DNA from: Stramenopiles sp. TOSAG23-2
Lineage: Eukaryota
DNA length: 45,384 nt
NCBI GenBank assembly: GCA_900128395.1
Contig: LT649288.1
Coordinates: 1-45,384, forward strand
Direction of reading: 5' to 3'
The notes below the pieces were generated by a model that searched no databases, was not told the origin of the DNA, and worked only from the letters and a program-made list of their open reading frames with translations. A program made the translations under genes and the position numbers. This document shows positions 1 through 12,624 of the stretch, piece by piece; the stretch's first letter is position 1, and every line of letters starts with the position of its first letter.

Positions 1-1
1 A

Positions 2-33
<32 letters not shown>

Positions 34-46
34 GGGGGGGGGGGGG
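1..46. other. poly-A then poly-G run at the window edge, probable sequencing artefact
   Basis: About 25 A followed by about 21 G; poly-G tails are typical of two-colour Illumina no-signal reads. Confidence 0.7.
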
Positions 47-845
47 AATGAATTAATGTATCTTATATACATAATATCTTTTGTCTTGGACTTTATCTCT
101 AATTATAATAAATATATATATCCGTATAAATGTACGGATATAAATTTAGATATCCGATAATTATTGATGCGCTGAAATCGCACATTTTTAAACTAAAACC
201 AGGCCTGTGTCAGTGCTAGAGAAATAATGCTAATATGAGAATAGTATAGAGATATAGTCCAGCTGGGCCAGCTAAAATATAAAAATGATCCTCTCTGATC
301 CATATCTTATAGCACCTTGTATACCTTAACCTTATACAGGCTTATGGCTTACTGGCGGCTGCAGGCTTAATCTAAATCTAAATCTAAATCTTGTAACAAA
401 AATCCAGGTTTAAGGTAATGTTTTATTTAGGAAATAAATCGGAATTTAGAATACTGATATCTTCGTACTAAATACGGAAACAGGGATTAAGGATATGTAT
501 CTTTATTAAGTAATGGTCCAGTTCACAAATATAAATATAACTACACAGCATTTGAAAAAAAAAAAATTTTTACAGACCCCTCCACCCCTCCTGCCCGTAA
601 GTAATAGAGCTAGGCCCATGGTAATTAGAGGACCAAATACGCCAGCTTGCCAGCAAGAAACAGACCAGCAGATACAGAGTTGAGAAAGAAAAACATAGAG
701 TATATATTTTTTAAATACCTTCCTTCCTTCCTTCTTAGTGAACCAAACAGTGGAAAAGATATGTATAATCATAAAAAGAGAGACATCATTTCATAAATAT
801 GCTTCCATACGGCAGTGAAAATTAAAGGAAACGTAAAAAATAATA

Positions 846-1631
846 ATGAATGACGTGAAAAGAAAACAAACGAATAATATCAATGATACTGCAAGACCAA
901 GTAAATTACGGTTACGGCGGTCTCTATCAAATGAAGGAAAAAATATATTTAATAATATTGTACATCAAGCTCCACCATTAGTGCAACAGCAACAATATAT
1001 GTATGCAATACCGTTTTCTCCTGCGCCTGCGTCAAATCAAGTGGATAATGGGCAATATTATGATAATGATGAAAGTCGTAGAAATAGTTTCGTATTATCG
1101 ACACCTTCGACACCTATTGTTGCACCTTTGGAATATAATAATAATAATGAAGTTCGTCGAAATAGTTTCGTGTTAGCGACCCCTTCGACACCTACTGTTG
1201 CGCCTTCTACGCCAATATTGATGATCCCATCGCAAGGAAGTTTTACTTTAAATAGTAATCAACAACAACAAGTGTCACATATACAAACAAATGTTGGTAC
1301 TCCTACATTTGCTGTGCCAGTTGGGCCACATGTATCGATGAAACAAAATAATAATACCAGTATGGATAATATGAACTTAAATTATCAATCTCAAAATACA
1401 TTAAATAATCTTATGAAAGTTGTACAAAAACTCGAAAGAGAAAATTTAGATATGAAACAGGAGATTCTAAATATGAAAAATGGAAATAACTCTTCTATAA
1501 ATTATAATAACAGCCGTGACAATGGTGTTGAGGAAATGGTAGTAAGTCGTCAAACTACGGAAATCATGGAGGATAATGAAATGGATATGAGTGAAACTTC
1601 ATCCCTTTTTAGTGATTATGATGATTTGTAA
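846..1631 (+). CDS. hypothetical low-complexity protein (261 aa) with a short C-terminal coiled coil
   Basis: ATG-TAA ORF; duplicated motif RRNSFVL[SA]TPSTP; heptad segment LMKVVQKLERENLDMKQEI. Confidence 0.75.
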   Translation: MNDVKRKQTNNINDTARPSKLRLRRSLSNEGKNIFNNIVHQAPPLVQQQQYMYAIPFSPAPASNQVDNGQYYDNDESRRNSFVLSTPSTPIVAPLEYNNNNEVRRNSFVLATPSTPTVAPSTPILMIPSQGSFTLNSNQQQQVSHIQTNVGTPTFAVPVGPHVSMKQNNNTSMDNMNLNYQSQNTLNNLMKVVQKLERENLDMKQEILNMKNGNNSSINYNNSRDNGVEEMVVSRQTTEIMEDNEMDMSETSSLFSDYDDL

Positions 1632-2301
1632 AATTTTACTACACATCATGTGAGAGTTGTGTGTGAGGGATTGTATTTGTTCGAACGTCCGACGAACTGT
1701 GTTTGTTGTTTGTAAAAATCAGGGATCGACACATAGTTTTGTATTTTTTGTGTGTTGTCCCTGTAATATGTATAAAAAATATGATGAATGCGCGTGGATG
1801 TTTTTGATATTTTTATAAAAACACATGTGTGTTTTTATACACGTACTTTTTATTTTAGTGTGCGTGTGTATGTATATTATGTAGAATTTACATTTTCTAA
1901 CCACGCCCTATTACCTATTACGAACGCCCCGTATTTTTTTACGTAAGAGTGTGTATCATTAAATTTTTGATGGTTAAAATCTAAAAAGTTATTAATAATT
2001 TTACTTCCCGTGCTAAGTAATATGCTCAATACTTAATCTCAAGAATATCAAGATTAAGTATATAAGGCATCTCAATATAATTTTTAACGCACATAATATC
2101 ATAATATATTTTTAAAAATATTATGATAGTTATTTTTATGATATGATATGATACATCAATATATTAGATGATATATATATGCATATATATGATATACAAA
2201 AGAAAAATGTGTTGTGTACATATCATATGTACGTAGAGAGAGAGTGTAATAAATTTCTTATTTTTAAAATTTAAAAGAAAATACGCACTCCATTTTTACA
2301 G

Positions 2302-3517
2302 TACTCTGGGTACTCTGTCTCAAGCAGCATCAAAAAAATTAAAAAAATGTCCTTTACATGCTAAAAAAGTACAAGATGCTATTGATAAATTAAACTCAAA
2401 TGAAGAATGCAATTTTATATCTATATTAGGAAAAGTATTACCAGCACAAGCAACAGAACTTGCAGCTGCATTGGAAAAAAATACCATTGTGGAAACATTT
2501 TTCTTTGGACCACGATCTGAATTTACACCAGAATCATTTAAAGTTATGATTAATGGAGTGAAAGAAAATAAAGCTATTGTTACGTTAGGCGTTTGGAACG
2601 AAGGTTTATCCAATGATATGATGGCTGACTTATCATCTATGTTAAAAAATAACGATCGAATCGCTTCATTATCAATTGAAAATGGCGAGAAAGTCACGGA
2701 AGTTGGTTTAAAAGCATTTGGCAAAGCCATGCAGGAAAACCAGCATATGAAAACAATTAGTATTAAAATTGGTAAAGCAAATGATGAAAGCATATCGCCA
2801 TTATTTCATTCAATTGCAAGGCCGGAAAGTAAATTGCGTATGCTTACCGTTCATACGATTAGCGAAGAAGCAAGTGAACGATATGGTGATGTTGCATCTG
2901 TTGTATTAGCAAATGCTATTACACATACAAAGGAATTGTTAGTTCTAAATTTAGAACATTCCAATATAGGTAATTTAGGTGGTACAGCGTTGTTTCAAGC
3001 CTTGAAAAATAATACTAGCATCAATCATGTTAATATTTACAATAGTTCCATTGGAGATGCTGCATCACATGCTGTTGGAGAATGTTTAAAAACAAATAAG
3101 AAATTATTGGATTTAATGCTTGATCATAATAAAATCGGTGATAAAGGTGCAAAATTTATCGGCGAAGGTTTAGCATTGAATCAACATTTACGCACTTTAT
3201 CCATCGTAAATACGCCAATTTCTGATTATGGTGCATTAAATATAATCAATGGGATGAAAGATAATACTGCATTAGTTAATGTCCATTTGCGTAGAACTGG
3301 ACGTAATGTCAGAGAATTTTGGAGAGAAAAACAATTGCCTAAAATTGAAAATGATACAATGGCAGCACTTGATTCATTGTTAGTACGAAACAAAGAATGG
3401 TCACCATTGTTAAATCGTTTATTGAATTTAGAAAATTTAGTGGATGCAAATTTGAATGGGGAAGGACGCCAAGCAATTGAAGTTGGTGCAGATGGAAATC
3501 AACAAATTGAAGGTTAA
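2302..3517 (+). CDS. RNI-like leucine-rich-repeat protein (NLRC3-like repeats); first exon uncertain
   Basis: Repeats LNLEHSNIGNLG, LMLDHNKIGDKGAKFIGEGL. The frame is open upstream of the TTG at 2471 with no ATG. Candidate acceptor TTTTACAG ends at 2301 and candidate donor GTACGT is at 2229, implying a small upstream exon. Confidence 0.8.
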
Positions 3518-3848
3518 TATATTATATATTAAACACTGATATACGTATATATGGAGAGACGAAAGACTGATGTGTTTCATGATGTGATGTGTATGACAAC
3601 AACAATAATGGAAGAAATGCGAATTAAAAAAAACAAGATTTTATTTAAAATGTTTTAGTACACAGCAGATGTTACAGGGAGAAACGAAACACTTTTTTGC
3701 ACACTTATAAAAATCTTAGTTTACAAATATGTTATATACCACACAATAATATTTTAGCAAATGAAATGTATATGGTGTTCATTCCTCTTCTGCACCACCA
3801 CACTCCGTACTCCTTTCTTCTTTCTCTTGTGTGTGTACCTCCTTCACA

Positions 3849-4331
3849 TCATATTATCATTTTTTTTTTTTTATTATTTTTATCATTTCGTTTGTTTTTA
3901 AAAAATATTTGTAATGGTAATTTACATTCATGTTCCAAAATACCACCTATTATTTCTATATCATCATTTGCTGTATCAACAGTCTTTGTACTACCAAATT
4001 TTTGATTTTTTGCACCATATACAACAGTATTGATTCTTGAAAGTTTGCTTGCACCTAGACACATCATACACGGTTCTATTGTGGTGTATAAAGTAACTTC
4101 TCCGTGTGAATTTAATCGCCAAGATTTGAGATTTACAGATGCATTTCTTATAGCTCTAACTTCAGCATGTTCTACAGAACAATTCATGTTTTCCGTAAAG
4201 TTATATCCATATCCAATAATTTTAAAATCATTTTGTCGAACGATTATTGAACCAATTGGGACTTCGCCCCGCCTTCCTGCTAAATTTGCTAAATGAATTG
4301 CAGTTTTCATAAAATATTCATGTTGTCTCAT
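3849..4331 (-). CDS. tadA: tRNA adenosine(34) deaminase, TadA/ADAT2 family
   Basis: EVPIG, HAE and TLYTTIEPCMMC zinc-binding motifs; VVYGAKNQKFG. Confidence 0.9.
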   Translation of the reverse strand: MRQHEYFMKTAIHLANLAGRRGEVPIGSIIVRQNDFKIIGYGYNFTENMNCSVEHAEVRAIRNASVNLKSWRLNSHGEVTLYTTIEPCMMCLGASKLSRINTVVYGAKNQKFGSTKTVDTANDDIEIIGGILEHECKLPLQIFFKNKRNDKNNKKKKMII

Positions 4332-4807
4332 TTTGTAATCACTTGTTCATATATTTTTCATTTTAATTAATATTAATTCAAAAAAATAAATAAATATATA
4401 TATATATATATTATTATACACAATAATAAAAAATGTAGAAAAACGAAACAATATTCTTTTAACAATTATTATAAACGATATTATTTACAAATTAAAAAAC
4501 ATTTATCAATACAAGCTTGAAAGATATTTGTTTTTTGTTCTACCTTCGTCCCCCCCCCCCAACCGATTCTTTCACAATGTATACGTTGTGACTATATAAT
4601 ACACACGTTAAAATTTTAAGAAGTTGAAAACTATAAGCATAAGCCTAATAATACCAGGTATTTATTATTATAAATATATAGGTAATGGGAAATATCTCAT
4701 AATAACAACAACAAAAAATAAATGATCTATTATATAAATTACATAAAATACAATAACATCGTTTCCTTTTCCAACTTATCATACGTATATAACCATCAAT
4801 AATAATA

Positions 4808-7800
4808 ATGGAAGATGTATGGATTGATGCCGTATCACAATTTTTAAGAGGTGATAGTTGGAGAAAAAAAGTTGTCAATTATGTCGATAAAAATTGTATA
4901 TTATTTGCGGAGGATGATAATGAAATCACTGCGTTTACGCATGGGCAATATGAAATATGGAGAGATTTTAAAAATATGGTGGAAGATTCTATCAGTAGTG
5001 TATTAAACGATTTAGGTGGTAGTTCTGAATCATTTTCAAAAGCTTGTGATGAGCGTTTGGCAGAGCAAGATAAAGGACCACGAGATGCAGCCGTTAAAGA
5101 TGTATTAAGAAAATTATTAACATATGATAATTTTGAAGATTTTGGTTTTATGATGAAATTGAGATGGCGTGAAATAGAAAATAATGATTTTTGCGATGCC
5201 GATTATTTAGCAAATGAAACTACAAGTAATGATAATAATAATAGAGATGAGGAAGAAGTGTATGAAGGGAAAAAAAACCAACAAGTACATGCTCAAAGTC
5301 TTGCGTATGGCAGCAATAATCATAGTGAATATAATAATACTAATAACAACAACGGTAGCAGTAGTAGTAGTAAAACATCAGCTGAAGATAATCGGAATAA
5401 TAATAATTATAATGAAACGGAAGATGAAAAAGTTGAAAAATTACGACGTGAATTACAACGTAAAGAATGGGAAATACAATTAGAAATTGCTAAATCAATT
5501 ACTGAAAATGATGATACGTCTAATAAAAAAGAACCGGAACTTGTTGAATGGGCACGTGGTGTTGTACATATGAATAAATTATTATTACCAGGAAGTGGTG
5601 CAAGTGGTAAAGATATTAGTGAACATAGACGAACATTATCAATATTACGCAATAAAGTAGATTTAATGGTTGCTAGAAAAATGCTAGAAGATAACGATAA
5701 CATTCAAGCTAAATTAATTGAAGATAGAGAGAAAAATAATTTCAATTCTATGAATGGTACAAATGGTGGATCTACTAATAATAATACATCATCAATGAAT
5801 GATTTGATAGAACTTGATGAAAAAAATTTAAATGAATTAATTGAAATGCATGCGGAAAAACAAAATGATGTAAATATGCAACGTGAAAATTGTACGGTAT
5901 ATTTTCATGATCAACGAATATCACAAGAAGCATATAGTGAAGTATATTTCTTTTTAAAAGATATGATAAAGCAAAATAATAGTTTTATATTTGAACAAGA
6001 TGAAGTGCATGATTTCATATTTAAAAGGATAGGGCATGAAGAAATGAGTTTAGTACCAGAATTATTAAAATTATTAGTATTAGAAGATGAGGAAGCATGG
6101 TTACAAGAACATATACGTCAAATTGTCAGTGGCGAGAAACAAAATAACAATGATAATAATAGTAACAATAATAGTAACGACAATGTTGCATTTGATATAC
6201 ATAACCAAGCAATGATTAAAGAACAAGAAGAATTATTAAAACAAATAAATATAGAGAAACAAATTGCAATTGAAAATGCTGAAAAAATTGTCAATAAAGA
6301 ACGAGATGGTAGAATGATGATGGAGAGCAAATTTAAAGAAGTAGAAATGGAAAAAGCAATGTTAAAAGAACAAATGGACAATATGGTAGATAAAGCAGAA
6401 GTAGAAGCGACTGCGAAGAAAATGGAAGAAGATATGGAAAAAAGAATTGAAGCGGAAGTGAAAGCTCGAATGGAAGCATATGAGAGACTTCAAGAAAGTC
6501 AAAGGCAGGAATTAGAAACGAAACGAAAAATGATGGAAGAGGAAGCGATTGAATTTCAACAAAAGATGGAGAAGTTAGAGCAACAGAAAAAAATAGCATT
6601 AAAAAAAGAAGAGCAAATACGCGCCTTACAAAAAAAAGCTACACAAGTTGCACGTGCTGCATTGGCAAAAAAACGTGAATTAGAAAGTTTTAATGAAGCG
6701 ACAAAAGAGGCAGAAACAAAACGATTGGAGGAAGAAGCCTTTCAAGCATCCGAACGCAAGAAAAAACTAGATGATGAAAAAGAAAAATTAGTAATAATGC
6801 AGCAACAAAGAGAGGCAGAGGAAGTTAAATTGAAAAAAGAACAGGAAAAACGACAGTTATTACAGATTAATATAGAAAAAGAAATTGAAATTAAAAAAAA
6901 GGAACATTTTGATAACCACGAACATAAAACAAAGCGACTTCAAGAAGAATTTGAACATAAAGCAAGAGCGCATGTGGAAGCACAACGACGTGAAGTTGCT
7001 GCGATGAAAAATAAATTGAAAGAACGTTTAAAAGCTAAGAAAATGAGAATGAAAAAAAAACGAAGAGAAAAAATGCAGCAACAACAACAGGAAGTAGCAA
7101 ATGGTCGTCAAGAAGATTTTATGATGGATGAGTCTGAAATGAGAGCAACTTTAAGCAAAGCAAAGATCAAAGAAATAAGCGCAGCATTAAATGGTAGTGG
7201 TGGAGATGAAGGAATATTGATGACAAAAAATGTGGATAATACTATCAATGGCACTGCTGGTCAAAAAAATAGTCCAATGAATTCAGAAAAAATACAAGTA
7301 AGTTTTATACAACATATATATCTGTGTATCTATCTCTATATCTATATATATATATACCCCATTCAAATTTAATCGCAACATTTGAATCATTTATTCAAAC
7401 ATATTGACATGACAATATTTCCATATATTTTGATGCTTTTATTACATCGTGTGTGTCTCTCTCTCATCTTTCTCTTAAAATAATATATATATATATACTA
7501 CTGAACAATTCATGTATAGCAGATGGAAAATAATAATGAAAAACAAATGATGTATAGTAGTAACGATGATGGTAGTAAGATCGTTATTGATGGTGAGAAT
7601 AATATTCATAGCCCAAGTCAATTTAGTAGATTTGGTGCAAATATTATTCCACATCAAAATGATCAGAAGCGCCCGACTACTGCTACTCGTTTTAAATATT
7701 CAAGTCATGCAAGTTATAGATACTATTATTTCACGAAGATAACATTGAATATGTATATATATATATATAATACTTTCATCTGCATATTTATCTCAAATAT

Positions 7801-8470
7801 CTACAAAATTATTTATACTAACATACATCAAATATACATACTTATACATATCTAATAATTGTAGGAAGAGGAATTAGCGCGAATTACAAATGAAGCAGAA
7901 AAAGAACGCAATAAACTTAATTTAGCTATGCAAATGGAAATGGCACGACAAAAACAAGCAACAAAAGCAAGGCGTGCTAGAAGGAAAACTCGTAAAGCAA
8001 AGGTAATGGCAAAATCACCATTTGGCAATGATGATAAAAACAAAGAAAGTAAATATTCCAGCAGTGATGATAAGAACAATAATAATAACAAACCTAACGC
8101 AAATGGTGATAATAAATCAAAGATAACATATTTATCCCCATCGCAATCAAGGGCAAGAGAAAGTGAATCAAAGAAAAAAAAAGTTTTTAAACCATCCGGT
8201 GATGAACGTACAAAAAATTTATTAGACGAGGCACAACAATTGAGAAATTTATTAGCAGCGTCAATACGGCGTGGTAAAGAGCGAAGAAAGAAACGACGTG
8301 AGCGTTCTTCACCAAAAAATATATCAAATACTACAGAGAAGAAAAATACGCCACCACCACCACCAACTTGGAGCAAAGAGGAGGAAACAAATGTTGGTGT
8401 CAATTTATCATCGTTACGATATTTACAGACAAAATATTCCCCACAAAAAAAGAATGCATGGGGTCAATAA
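4808..8470 (+). CDS. BART (ARL2/ARL3-binding, CFAP36-like) domain plus long coiled-coil protein; proposed exons 4808-7297, 7523-7708, 7865-8470
   Basis: N-terminus W..KVVNYVDKNCILF...HGQYEIWRDFKNMVE...LLTYDNFEDFGFMM matches the BART pattern. GTAAGT donor at 7298, CAG acceptor ending 7522, GCAAGT donor at 7709, TACTAAC at 7816-7822, TAG acceptor ending 7864; all joins are phase 0. Confidence 0.75.
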
Positions 8471-9252
8471 ATATATGAGAGGAGTAGAAAAGGTGTGGTT
8501 TTAATAAAATATATTATTTATTGGTGCATTTACATTTGCAACTATTATTTTTTTATTATAAAAAGCAGTGCAAAAAAATAAGAAATTTTTTTCAAGAGTG
8601 TTTTCGCTTCCCATTTCTCCATATTTCTACAGTATTTTACCGGCCTCTATTCAAACAAACATTATTGGCTATTACTATTTTCCTTCACTTTCATTCAGGG
8701 CAGAGCATTGCTGTGCCGCTGTGCCCCTTCCTGTGCCTTTTACTGTACATGTTAATGTAAGGGGCCTGCCTGGCATGTGCCCACAGCCCACATCATGTGT
8801 GGAGAGCAAACGTCAATCTATTATATACAGTATGTACATTATTGACTTTTATGTGTTCCACAATGGTTGTACTGCGCAAGCCCCTTATTAAACTTATAGC
8901 AAGCCCTGGGCAAGCCCAGCAAGGATGCAACACTGAATTCAGAAAAAGAACCTGTGCCTCTCTCTCTCGTGCTCTGTGCTCGCTGTGCCTACAATGAAAT
9001 AATTGGCCAATGGAAACGTATAATATTTGAACCGGAAATAACTCGAAAGGATCCATTGTATCAATGAATTACAACCAATTAGTATTGAATTTTCGTCAAA
9101 TTACGAAAGAGGCCAACTTGAGGCCAACTTGAAGGAATTTCCTCCTTGAAAAACACATGAATAAATCGAATATACATATATTACCTATAAATATATGTCC
9201 CATCACACATGACATATGTAGACACATATGAATATTACCAAAAAGAATATAG

Positions 9253-10284
9253 ATGAAAATAAATCATTACAATACAATACAAAGCAACATGGAAAAGGAA
9301 AAATATGTACCATTCGATCCAAATTATAAGAAATTTAAACATGTAATATCATTAACATCATATATCCATCAACATGGCACAATGTTAAATGCATCCTCCT
9401 CCGTATTATCTCCTAAATGGGCATTGGTGAAAGAAACATTTATAAATAATAAAAAGTTAAGCGCATTGAAAACATTTGCAAAAAATAAAGACGAATTACG
9501 CAAAGGTTTAATTGAGAAACAAGAGTCGTTGTTATTAAACATGATCAAAGTAAAACATAAGCCAGTCACAGTTCACGTAGAACCAGTACAAATGGGCGCA
9601 AGGCGCAATAGTACTAGTAAAATCATGATGATTGATGAACAGCGACATTTTCATAAAAAAGGTATTGAAGAAACTACAAGCGCAGTTGATACAAAAGCAC
9701 CGAAGGCATTCAGATATTCTGTATATAAATCTGTATCGCGCGTGTTGGAGAATAAATTTCGTTATCCCACCGTTGGTTTACCAAACGCAATAAAGAACCA
9801 TATGAACAGGGCAGAATTACAGCAATATACAATTAACCAAAAACATTATAAACGCCATATTAAAAAATCAAAAGCATACGTTAATACATACAATCCTAGG
9901 AAAAAACAGGCAAATAATTTTGAAAGTTTAATGTATTCATTGAATGTAAATAGTAATCGTAAAAACGACAAATTTTCCAAACAAAAATATAACAAACGTA
10001 GAGGTAATACTCAACGGCCAATGACAGCACCAATGATGAGAAATTATAAAACAACTGCAGGGCGTACTCGACCAAGTACAGCAAATAATTTCAAGAAAGG
10101 CAATAAAAAGTATATTCCTACTAGAAGATCGGTTACTGCATTGCCACGGGTTCATCACAAAAATTCATCAAAATTTCAACAATCTGCTTTAAAATTCAAT
10201 GTATTTATGAAAGGCAATGTTGATGATACTGGTGATGGTAGACGTGCATCTACTGATAAGAAGTATAGGGCGTACAGTATTTAA
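9253..10284 (+). CDS. hypothetical basic protein (343 aa)
   Basis: Long ORF in AT-rich DNA; Lys/Arg-rich; RPMTA and RPSTA motifs. Confidence 0.75.
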   Translation: MKINHYNTIQSNMEKEKYVPFDPNYKKFKHVISLTSYIHQHGTMLNASSSVLSPKWALVKETFINNKKLSALKTFAKNKDELRKGLIEKQESLLLNMIKVKHKPVTVHVEPVQMGARRNSTSKIMMIDEQRHFHKKGIEETTSAVDTKAPKAFRYSVYKSVSRVLENKFRYPTVGLPNAIKNHMNRAELQQYTINQKHYKRHIKKSKAYVNTYNPRKKQANNFESLMYSLNVNSNRKNDKFSKQKYNKRRGNTQRPMTAPMMRNYKTTAGRTRPSTANNFKKGNKKYIPTRRSVTALPRVHHKNSSKFQQSALKFNVFMKGNVDDTGDGRRASTDKKYRAYSI

Positions 10285-10527
10285 AAATAAAAAAGAGATA
10301 AAAAAAATTATTACCGAGAATCGTCATAAATATATACATGTTGTGTTTTAACTTTTTTATTTTTTTTTAAATGCACAAAAATTCGGTACGCGTATTTGTT
10401 ATGATATATAATGTACTTCATACTTCGTACACTTTACGCACGCACGCACCACAAAATAATATTTTTCTACACTCAAATTTTTCCACAGTTCTCAAATTTA
10501 AAAACCCTCCACGTTAATATACCCCCC

Positions 10528-12624
10528 TCAACAAGGTTTACTTCTCGTTTGAACAACATATGTGGATGATGCAGATGATGCATTTTTCACATTCTTATTT
10601 CCACCCTTTTTCTTATTATTTCGTTTTGAACTTTGATTTCCATTAACCATTTTTTTCTTTTTATTAGAAGACATATTCCATTTTGCACTATATCCTAACT
10701 TATCAAAATTCGATTCTCTTACAACATTTTTAACCCATCTTTCATACGTTTCATTATGAAATGTACCTTTTGCAACTAAACTTTGTACGGTGACCCAGCA
10801 TGGATGGACTTTATCATAATAACTTGATGATTTATCATTTTTCATATTACCACTGCCATGATTAAAATACACTGGCCAATCACCTTGTTTTTGTTGCATT
10901 TTCAATAAGCAAATAGTTGCTTGACATATCATAGGATCTGATGCTTCCGTCAAACCACATCCTCTTAGCACATCAACAACTTCAGCAATCCCATCAATAT
11001 CAACATATCTAAATGGCGGTGGATCCAAACCTTCATCTTTTGCTATTTTAATTTCTTTTTCTTTCAAACGTGCTTGTGCTAACCAATATTTCAACGCTTT
11101 TCGTAAATAACGCCATATCCATTTAACATCTTTCTCTAATGTTTTCGTGGCATTATATGCACTTAAAGCATATACAATATGCGTTGCCAGGAAAAAACTA
11201 TCATGAAAATTATCCCCACCGGCAAGTGATAATTTATGACATCGTAATGCAATAAACGCTTCTTTCATACCCCATTGAATAGGAAATTTATTTTGAAATA
11301 TAATTTTATTATATTCCATTATTAATATTCGCATTAAAAGTAATAGCCATGGACCAGTTTTAACATTATCTAATTGGTCTTTACCAACTCCAAACAATAT
11401 ATCTGTATCTCTAAAACCTTTATCACTATAAATTTCATATGACATTTCTAATAATGAATCGCAATCCATTCCCATCTCTTTTTTTATTCTTAATAAAAAC
11501 ATTGCTTCAAAAAATTCATCTATGCCTTTATCTTTCTTCTTCAATAATCTATCTACTAATTTGTCTGTAAATTCTACTGCTAATGATTTGCTTATAGAAC
11601 GAACCCTAGAATCAGCTGATGTATACCACATTTCAAAAAATATAGAGGGTGCATCATCACCTATGGCATATAATGCTTTATATTTACTTTTACGAAAAAA
11701 GTTTTGCATGAATTTAATACCTTTCATAACAGCACGATAACGCTTATCCCTTAATTCTTTTACATCATGTTTTTGACCACACATATCTTTACATGTATAT
11801 GCTAACATTTGCGTTGTTTTTTTTGCTATCTTTTTTGTATCATTGTTGCTAATTTTAGAAGATAATGAAAACGTATTATTATTTTTCTTCATTTTATCAG
11901 TTTTCTTCTTTGTTATTGCAGTGTTATTCATAGTATTAAATGATGGAATTGGAGGTTTTTTTCTCTTGTTGATGATAGAAGCAGGAATACTTTTCATTAT
12001 TACATTTACATTTTCTTCAGATGATTTATTATCAATATTTTCTATTGGTTTTTCATTATTTACATTGTTACTTAAATCATTTATTATATGATCATCCTCG
12101 TCATTATCAGGGGTTTGATCAACTACGTTAATACTGCTTCCTTCATGCATTTCTATATTATTATTACTATTATCATGACTATTATTTTTTTTGGCATCAT
12201 CGACAAATTCTTTCACTTCAGTATTTTCTGCATAATATTTCGTTAATGCATTTCTAATTTCATTTGCAATCGCATTATCTTTATTATTATCATTATTACC
12301 ATCCTCTTTAACAGGATTTACACTTTGTTTTTGCTTTTTTGTATTCAAGTTGTGAATACTTTTAGAAGCATTCGTTTTACACTTATTTAAAAAGTTATCT
12401 GCTAAAGTAAATTCATTGTCATATTTAGATTTATAATTATTATAATCATTTGTTTTTTTTTCAATAATATATGGGCGTTTCACAGCAAGATGCCTATTTT
12501 TAAATGAATTATAACGATTATTATTTGAGGTAGACTGAAATTGAGGTGGTGGTGAAAATGACAATGTTGTTGCACGTTTTGCAACTGCTGCTGGTTTATT
12601 TTTACCTCTTGCCATTTTTTTCAT
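10528..12624 (-). CDS. protein with an Asn-rich N-terminus and a C-terminal helical domain resembling terpene-cyclase/prenyltransferase alpha-alpha toroids
   Basis: About 698-aa ORF, first ATG at 12624; LATHIVY, DGIAEVVD and a QW-like motif LLKMQQKQGDW. Confidence 0.7.
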   Translation of the reverse strand: MKKMARGKNKPAAVAKRATTLSFSPPPQFQSTSNNNRYNSFKNRHLAVKRPYIIEKKTNDYNNYKSKYDNEFTLADNFLNKCKTNASKSIHNLNTKKQKQSVNPVKEDGNNDNNKDNAIANEIRNALTKYYAENTEVKEFVDDAKKNNSHDNSNNNIEMHEGSSINVVDQTPDNDEDDHIINDLSNNVNNEKPIENIDNKSSEENVNVIMKSIPASIINKRKKPPIPSFNTMNNTAITKKKTDKMKKNNNTFSLSSKISNNDTKKIAKKTTQMLAYTCKDMCGQKHDVKELRDKRYRAVMKGIKFMQNFFRKSKYKALYAIGDDAPSIFFEMWYTSADSRVRSISKSLAVEFTDKLVDRLLKKKDKGIDEFFEAMFLLRIKKEMGMDCDSLLEMSYEIYSDKGFRDTDILFGVGKDQLDNVKTGPWLLLLMRILIMEYNKIIFQNKFPIQWGMKEAFIALRCHKLSLAGGDNFHDSFFLATHIVYALSAYNATKTLEKDVKWIWRYLRKALKYWLAQARLKEKEIKIAKDEGLDPPPFRYVDIDGIAEVVDVLRGCGLTEASDPMICQATICLLKMQQKQGDWPVYFNHGSGNMKNDKSSSYYDKVHPCWVTVQSLVAKGTFHNETYERWVKNVVRESNFDKLGYSAKWNMSSNKKKKMVNGNQSSKRNNKKKGGNKNVKNASSASSTYVVQTRSKPC

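Noticed and set aside
369-390. (TTTAGA)n as a telomeric repeat
   Set aside because: Only 2-4 units, internal, and lacks the G-tract of known telomere repeats
3770-3848. Coding-looking extension past the tadA TGA
   Set aside because: The deaminase domain is already complete and a second TGA follows shortly
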